Assembly: GCA_038087875.1 (NCBI GenBank)
Contig: CM075996.1
Location: 8,744,001 to 8,808,000, forward strand
Origin: Malacoraja senta
Taxonomy: Eukaryota
Reading direction: 5' to 3'
DNA length: 64,000 nucleotides
Shown here piece after piece: positions 63,262-64,000 of the stretch. The translations under genes and the position numbers were made by a program. How positions within the stretch are numbered: position 1 is the stretch's first letter; every line of letters starts with the position of its first letter. Below the pieces are notes generated by a model. It did not search any database and had not been told where the DNA came from. It saw nothing but the letters and a program-made list of their open reading frames with translations.

Positions 63262-63548
63262 TAAATTGGAGGAGCAGCACCTCATATTTCGCTTGAGTAG
63301 TTTACATCCCAGTGGTATAAACATTGACTTCTCCAATTTCAGGTAGTCCCTGCTTTCTCCCTCCTTCCCCTCCCCTTCCCAGCTCTCCCTCAGCCCACTG
63401 TCTCCGCCTCTTCCTTTCTTCTTCCCGCCCCCCCCTCCCCATCCTCACATCAGTCTGAAGAAGGGTCTCGACCCGAAACGTCGCCTATTTCCTTTGCTCC
63501 ATAGAAGCTACCTCACCCGCTGAGTTTCTCCAGCATTTTTGTCTACCA
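63262..63548 (+). mobile_element. Penelope-like 3' end with GIY-YIG C-terminus
   Basis: KLEEQHLIFRLSSLHPSGINIDFSNFR*. Confidence 0.85.
63453..63485 (+). ncRNA. Minimal type I hammerhead motif in a PLE terminus
   Basis: CTGAAGA-A-GGGT-CTCG-ACCC-GAAAC-GTC. Confidence 0.65.
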
Positions 63549-64000
63549 TTATCCTCACTTGCTGAACGCAGCGACACAACCAATTTCTTGGATCAATGAT
63601 ATATATATTTTTTCAAATCCAAGAGCTTCTACTACAGTGAAAAATGTCATCATCACAGATAATCAAACATCTCCTGTGGGCCCACAAATAACATCTATAT
63701 ATATTTCTCCTTTTATTACTTTACAGTACCTCTTTAGAAAAATCATACGTTTGCAAAGGGCAAACGCTGGATAAAGAAACAAAGTGTTCTGGATACAAGC
63801 AAAGGTCTGGGCACCAACAACAAATAGTGGCAGAACTATAATACCACGGGAAGCCATTCCACCGATCAAGTATAAACAGGTCCCTTTTCTCTATGCCCAA
63901 TGCTCAAAGATGTCCAATCAGAATGAATCCGTTTACATATGCCTGCAGCACCAGCCCCAGACCCTCCCCCCCCACCCCCACAGCCTGTGTTGAAGGGCGT

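Overview
Eukaryotic, repeat-saturated window with no clear host gene. The HE1-like V-SINEs and HER1/CR1 LINE tails point to a cartilaginous fish, probably a skate or ray (inference). There is a 200-N scaffold gap at 27303-27502. The window holds nested V-SINEs, CR1, L1, Rex1/Babar and Crack/Daphne-like LINEs, Penelope-like elements (PLEs), two degenerate DIRS1-like tyrosine-recombinase retrotransposons, PIF/Harbinger and Tc1/pogo MITEs, and Helitron remnants. The highlight is a ~140-bp TSD-flanked retroposon family (25040-25181, 35782-35910, truncated copy near 20105). Its 5' end folds as a minimal HDV/CPEB3-like self-cleaving ribozyme and its 3' end is a hairpin plus (GAA)n tail. Also notable: many minimal hammerhead motifs in PLE termini; a 362-bp flank of DIRS copy 1 duplicated inside the right end of DIRS copy 2; a 5'-leader intron with a structurally conserved hairpin in both DIRS; and a probable PLE flank transduction. 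All alignments were done by eye, and boundaries of old repeats are approximate.
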